Positions 29,419-38,873 of a stretch of DNA of 64,000 nt are shown piece by piece. The DNA comes from a virus: positions 2,460 through 66,459 of the IMG/VR virus record IMGVR_UViG_3300046373_000049; one strand, 5' to 3'. The notes beneath the pieces are model-generated. The model ran no database searches. It was given only the letters and a program-made list of their open reading frames with translations, and was not told where the DNA came from. The position numbers were made by a program, and so were the translations under genes. Every line of letters starts with the position of its first letter. Position 1 is the stretch's first letter.

Positions 29419-30894
29419 ATGGCAAACGAAATCGACGAAATCGCCAAGGAATCCAAGCGCTATGTCAACGCGCCGGTAAATCCACCGGCTGCCGTCGTCC
29501 AGCCGCGCAATGTGGACATCAGCCGCCCATACGAACAGCGTATCGGCAGCGTCCCATACTCGAATCCGAACGTGCAAGGCGGCCTGCTGTCGGCAGAAGC
29601 TGCCCAGTTCCAGCAAGAGCGCGGCTTGACGCAGAACCCTGTGCGTGGTGGCGCATCGCCAATCGCTGCTGCGGCAGCACCAGCAGCGCCAGCAGCAGCA
29701 CCATCGCCAATCCAAGCAGCAGCGCAAAAAGCTGGCAGCACGCTGGGCCGGATGACGACTGGCGCCGCGTCCAGTATTGGCGGCCTTGCATCGAAGGCGG
29801 CCCCGTTCATTGCTCCAGTGATGGAAGGTGGGCGCGTGCTCCAGGTGGCGGTCGATCCGAACACGACGAAATCCCAGGTGGCGCAGCAAGCAGTCGAAGG
29901 CGCATCGCGCTGGGGCGCTGCCGCTGGTGGCGCCTCGCTTGGCGCTGGCCTGGGCGCAATGGCTGGCCCGATTGCCCCAGTGGCAGCCCCTGTTGGCGGC
30001 GTCATCGGCGGCATCGGCGGCTACATCGCTGGCGACATGGCCGTGAATAAGCTGCGCTCGATGCTGGGCCTTGGCGATAAATCCCCTGTGCAGCAAGTGC
30101 AGGATCGCAATGCCGCTGCCGCTGGCGAGGCATATCAGCCAGCACGCCTGACCAATGATGCGCAATCCCGTATCGGCCTGCTTGGCTCGCAAAGCGCCAT
30201 GAACCCGCAGCCAGCAGCCGCAGCCGCTACAACGCCCGCCACGGCGCCGCAATCTGCGCAGGCACCTACCCAGCCGGGCGCTCGCATTCGTGCAGCGGCG
30301 GCCCCAGCAGCGCGGCCTGCTGGCCGTTCCCGCATTGCTCAAGCAGCAGCGCCAGCACAGCCGGGCGAAGATGGCACCGTCCAGGTCATCCGTGGCCTGG
30401 AACAAACCGTCGCCATCCCTGGCGTCAACGGCGGCCCGATGCGTGAAATCCCACTGGCTGCATACGAAGCTGGCAAGACCGACGCATATCAAAGCGCCGA
30501 GGCACAGGCTGCCGTCAATTCTGCTAACCCGGATCAGGTGAAGATGCAATCCAAGCTGGCGGAAATCGCCGCCGAGAATGCAGGCCGCATGGGCGTGGCT
30601 GGCATCGGCGCTAGTGCATCGCGCTACAACACGGATGCGAACATCGCCGCCCGCCGCGACGAGCTGAAGAACAACGTCATCTACTCGGACGACACGATCA
30701 CGGATGAATTCGGCAACGCCAAGGTTATCCGCCGTGCGTATCGTCCAGACGGCACGCCAATCACTGCGCCTACCCAGGCGAAGCCATCCCTTGATGTTGC
30801 CACGCAGCAAGCTCAGAATGCCGTGAAGGCTGGAGCCAACAAAGATGCCGTCAATGGTATCCTTACAGGCTACGGCTATCCGCCAATCAAATAA
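29419..30894 (+). CDS. putative internal virion (ejection) protein
   Basis: Ala/Gln/Pro-rich, with a glycine zipper (GAAAGGASLGAGLGAMAG...GGVIGGIGG). Confidence 0.65.
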   Translation: MANEIDEIAKESKRYVNAPVNPPAAVVQPRNVDISRPYEQRIGSVPYSNPNVQGGLLSAEAAQFQQERGLTQNPVRGGASPIAAAAAPAAPAAAPSPIQAAAQKAGSTLGRMTTGAASSIGGLASKAAPFIAPVMEGGRVLQVAVDPNTTKSQVAQQAVEGASRWGAAAGGASLGAGLGAMAGPIAPVAAPVGGVIGGIGGYIAGDMAVNKLRSMLGLGDKSPVQQVQDRNAAAAGEAYQPARLTNDAQSRIGLLGSQSAMNPQPAAAAATTPATAPQSAQAPTQPGARIRAAAAPAARPAGRSRIAQAAAPAQPGEDGTVQVIRGLEQTVAIPGVNGGPMREIPLAAYEAGKTDAYQSAEAQAAVNSANPDQVKMQSKLAEIAAENAGRMGVAGIGASASRYNTDANIAARRDELKNNVIYSDDTITDEFGNAKVIRRAYRPDGTPITAPTQAKPSLDVATQQAQNAVKAGANKDAVNGILTGYGYPPIK

Positions 30895-30903
30895 GGGCTG
30901 GAC

Positions 30904-33900
30904 ATGGAAAACGATAAAGACCTGGGCGCATTCGCGTCCACCGTTCCGCAGAAGCAGAACGACCTGGGCGACTTCGCTTCTGCTGTACCGGCCCCGCCGT
31001 CGCCCATCAAGCGCATGGCTTCGGATGTCGGCCTGTCACTGGCACGCGGTATTGTCGGCGCCCCTGAAGCGCTGATCGGCTTGGCCGACATTCCTTCTGG
31101 TGGCGCTGTCGGTAAGCTGGCCGAACAGGCTGGCATCAAGACCAAGGAAACAAAAAACATCATCGCGGATTACTACTCGCCAGAGTACAAGGCCGCGCAG
31201 GAAAAGGTCAACACGGCTGAAGGCTTTGTGCCGACCGTCGTTGCCGCTGCACAGAATCCTTCCACTATCGTCGGTAGCGCGGTTGAATCCCTGCCGTCCA
31301 TGGTGGCAGGCGGCGCCATTGGCCGCGTCGCCCGTGGCGCTTCAGCCATGAGTCCAGTTCTCGCTGGCGCCATTGGTGAGGGCGCTGTATCTGCTGGTCA
31401 GACGGCAGAGCAGGTTCGCCAGTCCACGGCGAATGGTCTGCTGACGCCTGAGCAAGCCGGGCTGGCTGCCGCATCCGGCGCCGCCACTGGCGCCATCAAC
31501 CTTGTTGGCGGCAAGATCGCGCAGAAGCTGGGTATTGCCGACCTGGATACCATGCTGGCTGGCGGCGCCGGTCAAGCAGGCCGCGCCGGGCTGGCTCGCC
31601 GCGTCGCGCAAGGCGCTGTAAGCGAAGGCTTGCTGGAAGAGGCGCCACAGTCATACCAGGAACAAGTGGCGCAGAACCTCGCCACCGGCCAGCAATGGAA
31701 CCAGGGCGCGGCCAATGCTGCTGCACAGGGCGCGCTGGCTGGCGGCCTGATGGGCGGCGGCGCGAACATCCCTGGCCCTATCACTGGCGCGGCCAACAAG
31801 GCAGCACCAGAACAGCCTGGAGCATCCGTACCCATCAAGACGATGGAAGCGGCACAGGCTCGCGCAAACCGCATGACCACGGAAACCGGCACGCCGTTTG
31901 AAGTCACGCCACATCCGACTGTCGGCGGCTCCTTCACCGTTACACCAGTCGAGGTGGAAAATGGAAAACCAGGACGAAGCGATGGAACAGGTGATGGAAA
32001 ACCATCTGGTGCAGCGAACGCTGTCATGGATTCCGCTGTACAACCCGCTAACATCATTGCAGATGCTGGAGCTGGTGGACGCGGGACTGGCGACGCCGGA
32101 CGAAATCAGCCTGTGGTCGAAGGATCAACTGCCGGAACCGCGCAACAGCCAGATCGAGTATCTGGCGATCCTGCTGACGCTGGACGTGCCGACCTCGCCG
32201 GTAATGTAGAAGCCGCTCCATTGGCGCCGCCCGCTGGCCCGATTGAAGCCGCCTCGCGCCTCGCGCCGCAAGCACCTGTCGCTGGCGCCGAGGCCGCTGC
32301 CGCTCCGCTGGAAGCAGCGGCTGCCGCCGCGCCCGTACAAGTGGCTCGCCCTGACGGCACCATCGTCGAGGCCACGAACATCGGTGCGAGCAAGGTCAAT
32401 CCAGCCGATCCTGCAAGCCTGCGCATGGCGACCGGCTTTGATCTGTCAGCGCACGACGCCGCGAACTCCCCGCTCAACGAGCGCCGCCTGTCCACGCCAG
32501 CCCAGCAGACCGCGAACAATGCCAAGCTGGGCGAGGCAGACTTCCAGGGCTTGACCGTCAAGGTGGAAAATCCACAGGGTTCGGTGCGCAGCGGCGTGGC
32601 CGAAGATAAGACCCCATGGAATACCCTGATGACTGAGCACTACGGCTACATCAAGGGCACCAAGGGAGCCGATGCCGCTGGCGTCGATACCTTCGTCGGC
32701 CCATCCGTGGACAGCCCCAAGGCTTTCGTCGTGGATCAGACCAGCGCCGATGGCAAGTTCGACGAGCACAAGGTCATGCTGGGCTTCAACACGCTGGACG
32801 AAGCGAAGGCTGCCTATTACGACAACTACCAGCAAGGCTGGCAGGGCGGCGAGAACATCAGCGAAACGACGGTCGATGGCCTGAAGGATTGGCTGAAGAC
32901 CGGCGAAACCACACAGCCATTCTCCGCGAACCAGACAACAGCGCCAGCGCAGGAAGCAGCACCAGCATCGCCCGCCGTGGCCCAGGCCCAGGCCGCCAAT
33001 GTCGTGCCGAAGGAACTGGCCGTGCAGGCGACCGGCACGTTTTCCGATCAGGCCGCAGCGCAGACCTTCGCCGCCACGAACAAGCTGGATGTCGAGGCCG
33101 TGCCGAATCCGAAGGGCGGATTTTCGCTGGCCCCGAAGGTGGCGCCGGAAACCGCACTGTCCCGCGTCGCTGACGACAAGCGCATCAATGAATTGAATAA
33201 GGCCATGGAAAGCGAGGGCGTCAAGATCAGCGTGGTGCGCAATGTCACGCCTGAGCAGCGCATCGTGCAGGCCGTGGCCGACAAGGCATTCGGCACGCGC
33301 CTGACCTACGTGACCGACAACGATGTTTTCCATGGCGTCGCATACAAGGGCGACGTGTACGTGGCGACCGGCGAGAAATCCCCGCTGATCCCCATCACAT
33401 TCCACGAGGTATCGCACATCCTGCAAATGACTGATAAGAAGCTGGCGTCAAAGCTGGAAGATTTCGTCGTGCAATACATGAAGCCGGGCCTTGTTCAAAG
33501 CCGCATCGACTACGAGAACTCCCGCGCTCCAGCGGAAAACCAGATCGGCCTTGAGCAAGGTTTCAATGAAACCATGGCAGACATCGGCGGCGCCGTGGCG
33601 GTCGATCCGAACTTCTGGCGCAAGATGGCCGAGCACGACGAAAGCCTGTTCCGCAAGGTGGCATACAAGGTCATGCAGATGCTGACCAAGGCCATCCGCG
33701 TGGCAGCCGGTTCGCACTTCGACATCGACCGCATGGTAAGCGACCGCGCTGCCGTGCAGGAAGCCATCGCAAAAGCCTGGGGCGAGTACAACAGCAACCG
33801 CGACAAGGGCGTTTATAAAGGCAAAGAAAATGGAACAGGATCGGATCAAAAAGCTGGAGGACAGCAAACCCTTGCGCGAAAAGTTCAAGAGCCAGCAGGA

Positions 33901-36900
33901 GTTTCAGGAAAGTCTGAATTACTGGATGCAGCACCAGGGAAAGATAATCGCGCTATCCCGCTCCGTGGACTCCCCACCTCCGTCATCGTCGATGGCAAAG
34001 CCGTAACCTTCGGCCCGTTCGCACCGGCCAAGGAAGCGGCGGAACGCTACCGCAAAGCGGCAGGCATCACTGCGCCTGTGCAGCGCGACTACGTGAAGGT
34101 CGATCCGCAGCGTGCCCGTGGCATCGCCGCAGAATTTGAGGACATGAAGCACGACCCGAGCGATCCGAAGGTCAAGGCGTCGTATGCCGCCATGATTAAA
34201 GAAACGCTGGCCCAGTACCAGGAAATCAAGAAGACCGGCCTGAAGATCGAGCTGATTACCGGCGCCGACCCATACGGCAATCCGCGCAAAGCCATTATGG
34301 ATGTCGTCAACAACAACCACTTGTGGGTCTACCCAACTACGTCGGGATTTGGCGGCACCGAGTCCGCAGGCGTGGACATCACCGGCAATCCACTGCTGGC
34401 GCCAGTGGACGAAAAGATCGGCAAGCACCAGCTTGTAGCGAACGATGTTTTCCGCATCGTCCACGATTACTTCGGCCACATCAAGGAGGGCGTCGGCTTC
34501 CGCGCCGAGGGCGAAGAGAACGCATGGCAGCAGCACGCTTCCATGTACTCCGACCTTGCCCGCCCAGCCATGACGACCGAGACTCGCGGCCAGAACTCAT
34601 GGGTAAATTTCGGCCCGTTCGCTGAATTCAACAAGACGGCAAACGGCGCCGACACGCAGTACGCTCCACAGAAAGTCGGCCTGATGCCTGAGTGGACGGC
34701 GACCAATGAGAAGCCGCAGTTCTCGCGCACGCCGCCCGACTGGATCAATCAAGTCCCAGGCATGACGCCTGAGATTGCGAAGAAGGTGGGCTTGTGGGTT
34801 CCTGAAAAAACCCTGGCAGAACGCTTCAACGAGCTGAAGCAAGACCTTGGCAAGAAGATGGTGCAGGGCATGGTCGATCAGTTCGCGCCCATCAAGGCGC
34901 TGGACATGAAGGCGTACATGCAGGCCCGGCTGTCGAAGGCATCCGATGGCGGCCTGGAAGCCATGCTGATGTATGGCAAGCTGGGCCTGGACGCCGATGG
35001 CGCCATCACGGTCAGCAATACGGGCGGCTTCATCGACTCCATGAAAAAGCTGGGCGTAGAGCAGGAGCGCTTCTTTTCCTGGGTAGCAGGCAACCGCGCC
35101 GCCGAGCTGAAGGCGAACGGCAAAGAAAACCTCTTCACCGATACCGACATCAGCGCGCTGAAGAACTTGAACCAGGGCGTGAATGCTGACGGCAAAAACC
35201 GTACAGCCCTGTACGCCGAGGTGCTGAAGGACTTGAACGGTTTCTCGAAATCCATCCTGGACATCGCAGAGAAGTCGGGCTTGATCGACGGCAACGAGCG
35301 CCACAAGTGGGAGAAGGATTTCTATGTGCCGTTCTACCGCGTCCTGGAAGATGACGGCAAGGCTGTCGGCCCGCGCAATCTGGCTGGCCTGACGAACCAG
35401 TACGCCTTCAAGAAGCTGAAGGGCGGCAAGGAAAACTTGAATGACCTGATGCAGAACACGGTCATGAACTGGGCGCATCTGTTGTCGGCATCGCTCAAGA
35501 ATCAGGCGGCCACGACGACCCTGGACGCGGCACAGAAACTGGGCGTGGCCCACAATGTCACGTCGTCCACGAAGGGTTCCGTCTTCGTCCTGAAGAATGG
35601 CAAGGAAATGCACTACGTCGTTGACGATCCATTCATCACCGATGCGATTTCTTCGCTCGCCTTCAGCGGCATGAAGGGCACCATCATCGACATCGCCACC
35701 AAGGCGAAGCGGATGCTGTCGTTCGGCGTGACGTTCGGCCCGACCTACAAAATCCGCAACATCATCCGCGACCAATTGCAAGCCGTGGCCGCGAACCCGA
35801 TGTCGCTCAACGTGGCGAAGAACCTTGCCACCGGCATCAAGTATTCGTCGAAGGACAATCCACTGTATGCGCAGATGCTGGCTGGCGGCGGCCTGTTCCG
35901 CATGGGCGCTGCCTACGAGGACAACCGCGCACAGCACCTGAAGAATCTGGTGAAGAAGCTCCCATCTGGCAGCATCGTGGACTCGACGACGAAGCTGCGC
36001 GGCGTGGCGAACAAAGCATACGACGCCTGGATGGAACTGGGCGACCGTGGCGAGACAATCACGCGGGCCGCGATCTACTCGCAGATGATGGCCGCTGGAG
36101 CAAGCCATCTGGAAGCCAGCTACAACACGCGGGACAGCATGGACTTCGGCCTGCAAGGTGCATGGCCTGCCGTCCGCCTGTTGACGCAAACCGTACCGTT
36201 CATGAATGCCCGCATGCAGGGTCTGTATAAGCTGGGCCGCGCAGCCAAGGAAAACCCACGCCGCTTCGCCACGGTGCTGGGCGCCACGTCCATCGCCACG
36301 ATTGCGCTGATGCTGGCGAGCCGCGACGACGAGGACTGGAAGCGCCGCGAGGAATGGGATCGTGACAGCTTCTGGTGGTTCAAAGTCGGCGGCAAAGCCA
36401 TTCGCATTCCAAAGCCATTCGAGATTGGCGCCATGGCATCCATTGCAGAGCGTGGCCTTGACATGATCCTGGAAGGCATGGACGAAAAGAGCCGCGACCG
36501 TTTCGCCAAGCGGCTGTATCACATCGTCATGGATAACCTGTCGATGAATCCTGTTCCGCAGCTCGTCAAGCCAGCACTCGACCTGTACGCCAACAAAGAC
36601 CCGTTCCGCCTGCGCGCCATTGAAACCCCTGGCATGGAAAAGCTGTCTAAGTCCGAGCGCATCGGCGGCAGCACGACCGGCATGGCCGTGATGCTTGGCA
36701 AGGCAGGCGTCCTGTCGCCAGTCCAGATCGACTACATCATCAGCGGATACTTCGGCTGGCTTGGTTCGCACATCGCCATGGCTGCCGACCCAGTGATGCG
36801 CCCAGTAATGGGCATGCCTGAAAAGGCTGAACGGAAGATCGACGACGCCTTCTTCGTGGGCGACTGGGTAAAGGAATTGCCATCGAACCAAAGCCGCTAT

Positions 36901-37188
36901 GTCGAAGAGTTTTATCGCCAAGCTGTCAAGGTGCGCGAAGCAACGGCTGACATGCAGCACTATAAAAAACTCGGCAATATCGAGAAGGCCCGCGAGATTT
37001 TCGAGGAAGACAAGGAGCTGATTAAGCAATCGCCGCGTTTCAATATGGCAACCACGAGTATCAATAAAATCAATTTACGAATTCAACAAGTACAAGCATC
37101 CAGTAAAATGGATGCCAAGCAGAAACGGGTTGAAGTGGATCGCCTTAGCGCTATGCGAAATAAGATTGCTGAAAGAGTAATGAAGTGA
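30904..37188 (+). CDS. large polyvalent internal virion protein (pyrophosphatase-like, zincin-like and LPD38-like domains)
   Basis: 2094 aa; ENPQGSVRSG..YGYIKGT..DEHKVMLGF; FHEVSH; VHDYFGH; C-terminal PFMNARMQG, EEWDRDSFW, RIPKPFEIG. Confidence 0.85.
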   Translation: MENDKDLGAFASTVPQKQNDLGDFASAVPAPPSPIKRMASDVGLSLARGIVGAPEALIGLADIPSGGAVGKLAEQAGIKTKETKNIIADYYSPEYKAAQEKVNTAEGFVPTVVAAAQNPSTIVGSAVESLPSMVAGGAIGRVARGASAMSPVLAGAIGEGAVSAGQTAEQVRQSTANGLLTPEQAGLAAASGAATGAINLVGGKIAQKLGIADLDTMLAGGAGQAGRAGLARRVAQGAVSEGLLEEAPQSYQEQVAQNLATGQQWNQGAANAAAQGALAGGLMGGGANIPGPITGAANKAAPEQPGASVPIKTMEAAQARANRMTTETGTPFEVTPHPTVGGSFTVTPVEVENGKPGRSDGTGDGKPSGAANAVMDSAVQPANIIADAGAGGRGTGDAGRNQPVVEGSTAGTAQQPDRVSGDPADAGRADLAGNVEAAPLAPPAGPIEAASRLAPQAPVAGAEAAAAPLEAAAAAAPVQVARPDGTIVEATNIGASKVNPADPASLRMATGFDLSAHDAANSPLNERRLSTPAQQTANNAKLGEADFQGLTVKVENPQGSVRSGVAEDKTPWNTLMTEHYGYIKGTKGADAAGVDTFVGPSVDSPKAFVVDQTSADGKFDEHKVMLGFNTLDEAKAAYYDNYQQGWQGGENISETTVDGLKDWLKTGETTQPFSANQTTAPAQEAAPASPAVAQAQAANVVPKELAVQATGTFSDQAAAQTFAATNKLDVEAVPNPKGGFSLAPKVAPETALSRVADDKRINELNKAMESEGVKISVVRNVTPEQRIVQAVADKAFGTRLTYVTDNDVFHGVAYKGDVYVATGEKSPLIPITFHEVSHILQMTDKKLASKLEDFVVQYMKPGLVQSRIDYENSRAPAENQIGLEQGFNETMADIGGAVAVDPNFWRKMAEHDESLFRKVAYKVMQMLTKAIRVAAGSHFDIDRMVSDRAAVQEAIAKAWGEYNSNRDKGVYKGKENGTGSDQKAGGQQTLARKVQEPAGVSGKSELLDAAPGKDNRAIPLRGLPTSVIVDGKAVTFGPFAPAKEAAERYRKAAGITAPVQRDYVKVDPQRARGIAAEFEDMKHDPSDPKVKASYAAMIKETLAQYQEIKKTGLKIELITGADPYGNPRKAIMDVVNNNHLWVYPTTSGFGGTESAGVDITGNPLLAPVDEKIGKHQLVANDVFRIVHDYFGHIKEGVGFRAEGEENAWQQHASMYSDLARPAMTTETRGQNSWVNFGPFAEFNKTANGADTQYAPQKVGLMPEWTATNEKPQFSRTPPDWINQVPGMTPEIAKKVGLWVPEKTLAERFNELKQDLGKKMVQGMVDQFAPIKALDMKAYMQARLSKASDGGLEAMLMYGKLGLDADGAITVSNTGGFIDSMKKLGVEQERFFSWVAGNRAAELKANGKENLFTDTDISALKNLNQGVNADGKNRTALYAEVLKDLNGFSKSILDIAEKSGLIDGNERHKWEKDFYVPFYRVLEDDGKAVGPRNLAGLTNQYAFKKLKGGKENLNDLMQNTVMNWAHLLSASLKNQAATTTLDAAQKLGVAHNVTSSTKGSVFVLKNGKEMHYVVDDPFITDAISSLAFSGMKGTIIDIATKAKRMLSFGVTFGPTYKIRNIIRDQLQAVAANPMSLNVAKNLATGIKYSSKDNPLYAQMLAGGGLFRMGAAYEDNRAQHLKNLVKKLPSGSIVDSTTKLRGVANKAYDAWMELGDRGETITRAAIYSQMMAAGASHLEASYNTRDSMDFGLQGAWPAVRLLTQTVPFMNARMQGLYKLGRAAKENPRRFATVLGATSIATIALMLASRDDEDWKRREEWDRDSFWWFKVGGKAIRIPKPFEIGAMASIAERGLDMILEGMDEKSRDRFAKRLYHIVMDNLSMNPVPQLVKPALDLYANKDPFRLRAIETPGMEKLSKSERIGGSTTGMAVMLGKAGVLSPVQIDYIISGYFGWLGSHIAMAADPVMRPVMGMPEKAERKIDDAFFVGDWVKELPSNQSRYVEEFYRQAVKVREATADMQHYKKLGNIEKAREIFEEDKELIKQSPRFNMATTSINKINLRIQQVQASSKMDAKQKRVEVDRLSAMRNKIAERVMK
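31961..32209 (+). CDS. nested +1-frame gene (82 aa) inside the polyvalent protein gene
   Basis: GAGGT RBS; codons mostly end in G/C while the host frame here ends in A/T. Confidence 0.65.
   Translation: MENQDEAMEQVMENHLVQRTLSWIPLYNPLTSLQMLELVDAGLATPDEISLWSKDQLPEPRNSQIEYLAILLTLDVPTSPVM
33830..34006 (+). CDS. nested +1-frame gene (58 aa) inside the polyvalent protein gene
   Basis: MEQDRIKKLEDSKPLREKFKSQQEFQESLNYWMQHQGKIIALSRSVDSPPPSSSMAKP; A-rich AAAGG leader; same codon-bias switch. Confidence 0.6.
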   Translation: MEQDRIKKLEDSKPLREKFKSQQEFQESLNYWMQHQGKIIALSRSVDSPPPSSSMAKP

Positions 37189-37241
37189 CGCGGCCCCGTA
37201 TCATGGGCCACTTTAAATGGCCTTGATACAGGGGATTAAGC

Positions 37242-37583
37242 GTGGACAATTACGGCGACGAAACGGAACTCACGACGGCAGAATGGCGCGAAAGCATGAC
37301 CGTCGCGCTGGCGAACCAGCAGGAGCTGATCGAGGTGCTGCAAAAGCAGAGCGACATTTGCACCGAAGAACTGGCCCAGCTAAAACTTGGCGTGGCAGAG
37401 AACAGCGCCATGACGAAGGAAACCCGCGACAACTCCAGCGAAATGCTGGAAGTGTTTAAGCTGATGAAGGGCGGGATGAAGGTAATCGAATTCATCGGCA
37501 AGCTGGGCAAGGTCGTCGCCATGATCGGCGCTGGCTATGCCGCATATCAGAAACTGAAGCACGGCGAATGGCCGATTAAATAG
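37242..37583 (+). CDS. coiled-coil protein with a C-terminal TM segment (lysis region)
   Basis: GTG start; hydrophobic C-terminus. Confidence 0.65.
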   Translation: MDNYGDETELTTAEWRESMTVALANQQELIEVLQKQSDICTEELAQLKLGVAENSAMTKETRDNSSEMLEVFKLMKGGMKVIEFIGKLGKVVAMIGAGYAAYQKLKHGEWPIK

Positions 37584-37591
37584 GAGCTGTC

Positions 37592-37831
37592 ATGGAACTG
37601 ATCGACGACAAAAGCAAGCTGATGAAATTCTGGAGCGTGCGCGCCAGCATCTTCGCCGCGCTCTTCGCGCTGCTGGACTTGCTGTCGCAGATGACGGACG
37701 TGCTGCCGTTCGTCAAGGGCATTGTGCCTGACCGCACCTTCATGGTCATGTCGCTGGTCTGCGCATTGGCTGCGCCAGTCCTGCGCGCCATCAAACAAGC
37801 GAGCCTGCACGATGAATCCGGTCAGCCTTAA
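37592..37831 (+). CDS. putative holin
   Basis: two TM helices; KFWSVR...RAIKQ; precedes the endolysin. Confidence 0.75.
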   Translation: MELIDDKSKLMKFWSVRASIFAALFALLDLLSQMTDVLPFVKGIVPDRTFMVMSLVCALAAPVLRAIKQASLHDESGQP

Positions 37832-38336
37832 ACAGCTCAAGGCCATCATGCCGCTGGCCTACGGCAAAGCCGACCTGTTCCTGGGGCCGCTCAATGCAGC
37901 CATGGCTGAATTCGACATCAGCACGCCAGCGCGCCAAGCATCCTTCCTGTCGCAGATCGCCCACGAGTCGGGCCAACTGCGCTGGGTTCGGGAGCTGGCG
38001 AGCGGCAAGGCATACGAGGGTCGCAAAGACCTGGGCAACACGCAGCCGGGCGACGGCGTGCGGTTCAAGGGTCGCGGCCTGTTGCAGACCACTGGCCGCA
38101 GCAACTACGCCCAGGCTGCCGCCGCGCTGCACCTGGACTGCATCAACCATCCTGAGCTGCTGGAGCAGCCGCTCAACGCAGCTCGTGCTGCCGGGCTGTT
38201 CTGGAAGCGCAACAACCTCAACGCCCTGGCAGACACCGGCAACCAGGAGCGCGTGACGCGGCGCGTCAACGGTGGCGTGAATGGCTTGGCCGAACGACTG
38301 GCCTTTTACTCTGTGGCGATGAAGGTGCTGGCATGA
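37812..38336 (+). CDS. endolysin, glycoside hydrolase family 19
   Basis: FLSQIAHESG, LGNTQPGDGVRFKGRGLLQTTGRSNY, TRRVNGGVNGLAERL. Confidence 0.93.
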   Translation: MNPVSLKQLKAIMPLAYGKADLFLGPLNAAMAEFDISTPARQASFLSQIAHESGQLRWVRELASGKAYEGRKDLGNTQPGDGVRFKGRGLLQTTGRSNYAQAAAALHLDCINHPELLEQPLNAARAAGLFWKRNNLNALADTGNQERVTRRVNGGVNGLAERLAFYSVAMKVLA

Positions 38337-38725
38337 ACAAGATCGCGGATTTCTTCGGACTGGGCTGGGTCAAGGTAGTTGTCGTCGGCATCGTCCTCGC
38401 TGGCTGCTTCAGCGCAGGCTGGGCGACGAACGGATGGCGGCTTGGCACCGACATAGCCAAAATCAAATTGGAGGCCGCCACGGGCCGCGCAGACGCCACA
38501 GAGCTGGCATTGAAGAAGCTGGCTGACGACAGCAAGAAGGTCAACGAGGCTGCCGTGAAGTCCGCCGCCACCATCAACGGCGTCAACGACAAGCTCGATG
38601 CCATTCGGAAGGATATGAAAAATGCGAAACCGCCACCTCTTCCTGCTGGCTGCCGTCCTGATCCTGTCAGGGTGCGAGCACTTACCGAAGCAGCCGCCGC
38701 AGTGGACGCCGCCACAACTCGATAG
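38333..38725 (+). CDS. rz: i-spanin (Rz-like)
   Basis: N-terminal TM, GWATNGWRL, coiled-coil, C-terminal Cys. Confidence 0.8.
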   Translation: MNKIADFFGLGWVKVVVVGIVLAGCFSAGWATNGWRLGTDIAKIKLEAATGRADATELALKKLADDSKKVNEAAVKSAATINGVNDKLDAIRKDMKNAKPPPLPAGCRPDPVRVRALTEAAAAVDAATTR

Positions 38726-38873
38726 CAAGCTTGCCGAGCCTTGCCATAAAAATGGCCTGCCAGCATCGGATGATTACGATGCATGGCAAGCCTGGGTACA
38801 GGATAAGGTGCTGCCGAATTACGCGGACTGCGCAATCCGGCATAACGCTACTGTCGATGCTTGGCCCAGGTAG
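38622..38873 (+). CDS. rz1: o-spanin lipoprotein (Rz1-like)
   Basis: lipobox ILSGC; Pro-rich; CAIRHNA; overlaps Rz. Confidence 0.85.
   Translation: MRNRHLFLLAAVLILSGCEHLPKQPPQWTPPQLDSKLAEPCHKNGLPASDDYDAWQAWVQDKVLPNYADCAIRHNATVDAWPR

Noticed and set aside
34597-37029. 810-aa antisense ORF, plus similar long minus-strand ORFs at 9787-11109, 14210-15529, 17042-18223, 24833-26740 and 29350-30810
   Set aside because: These are shadow ORFs opposite GC-rich genes with strong codon bias. They have no RBS and no recognisable motifs.
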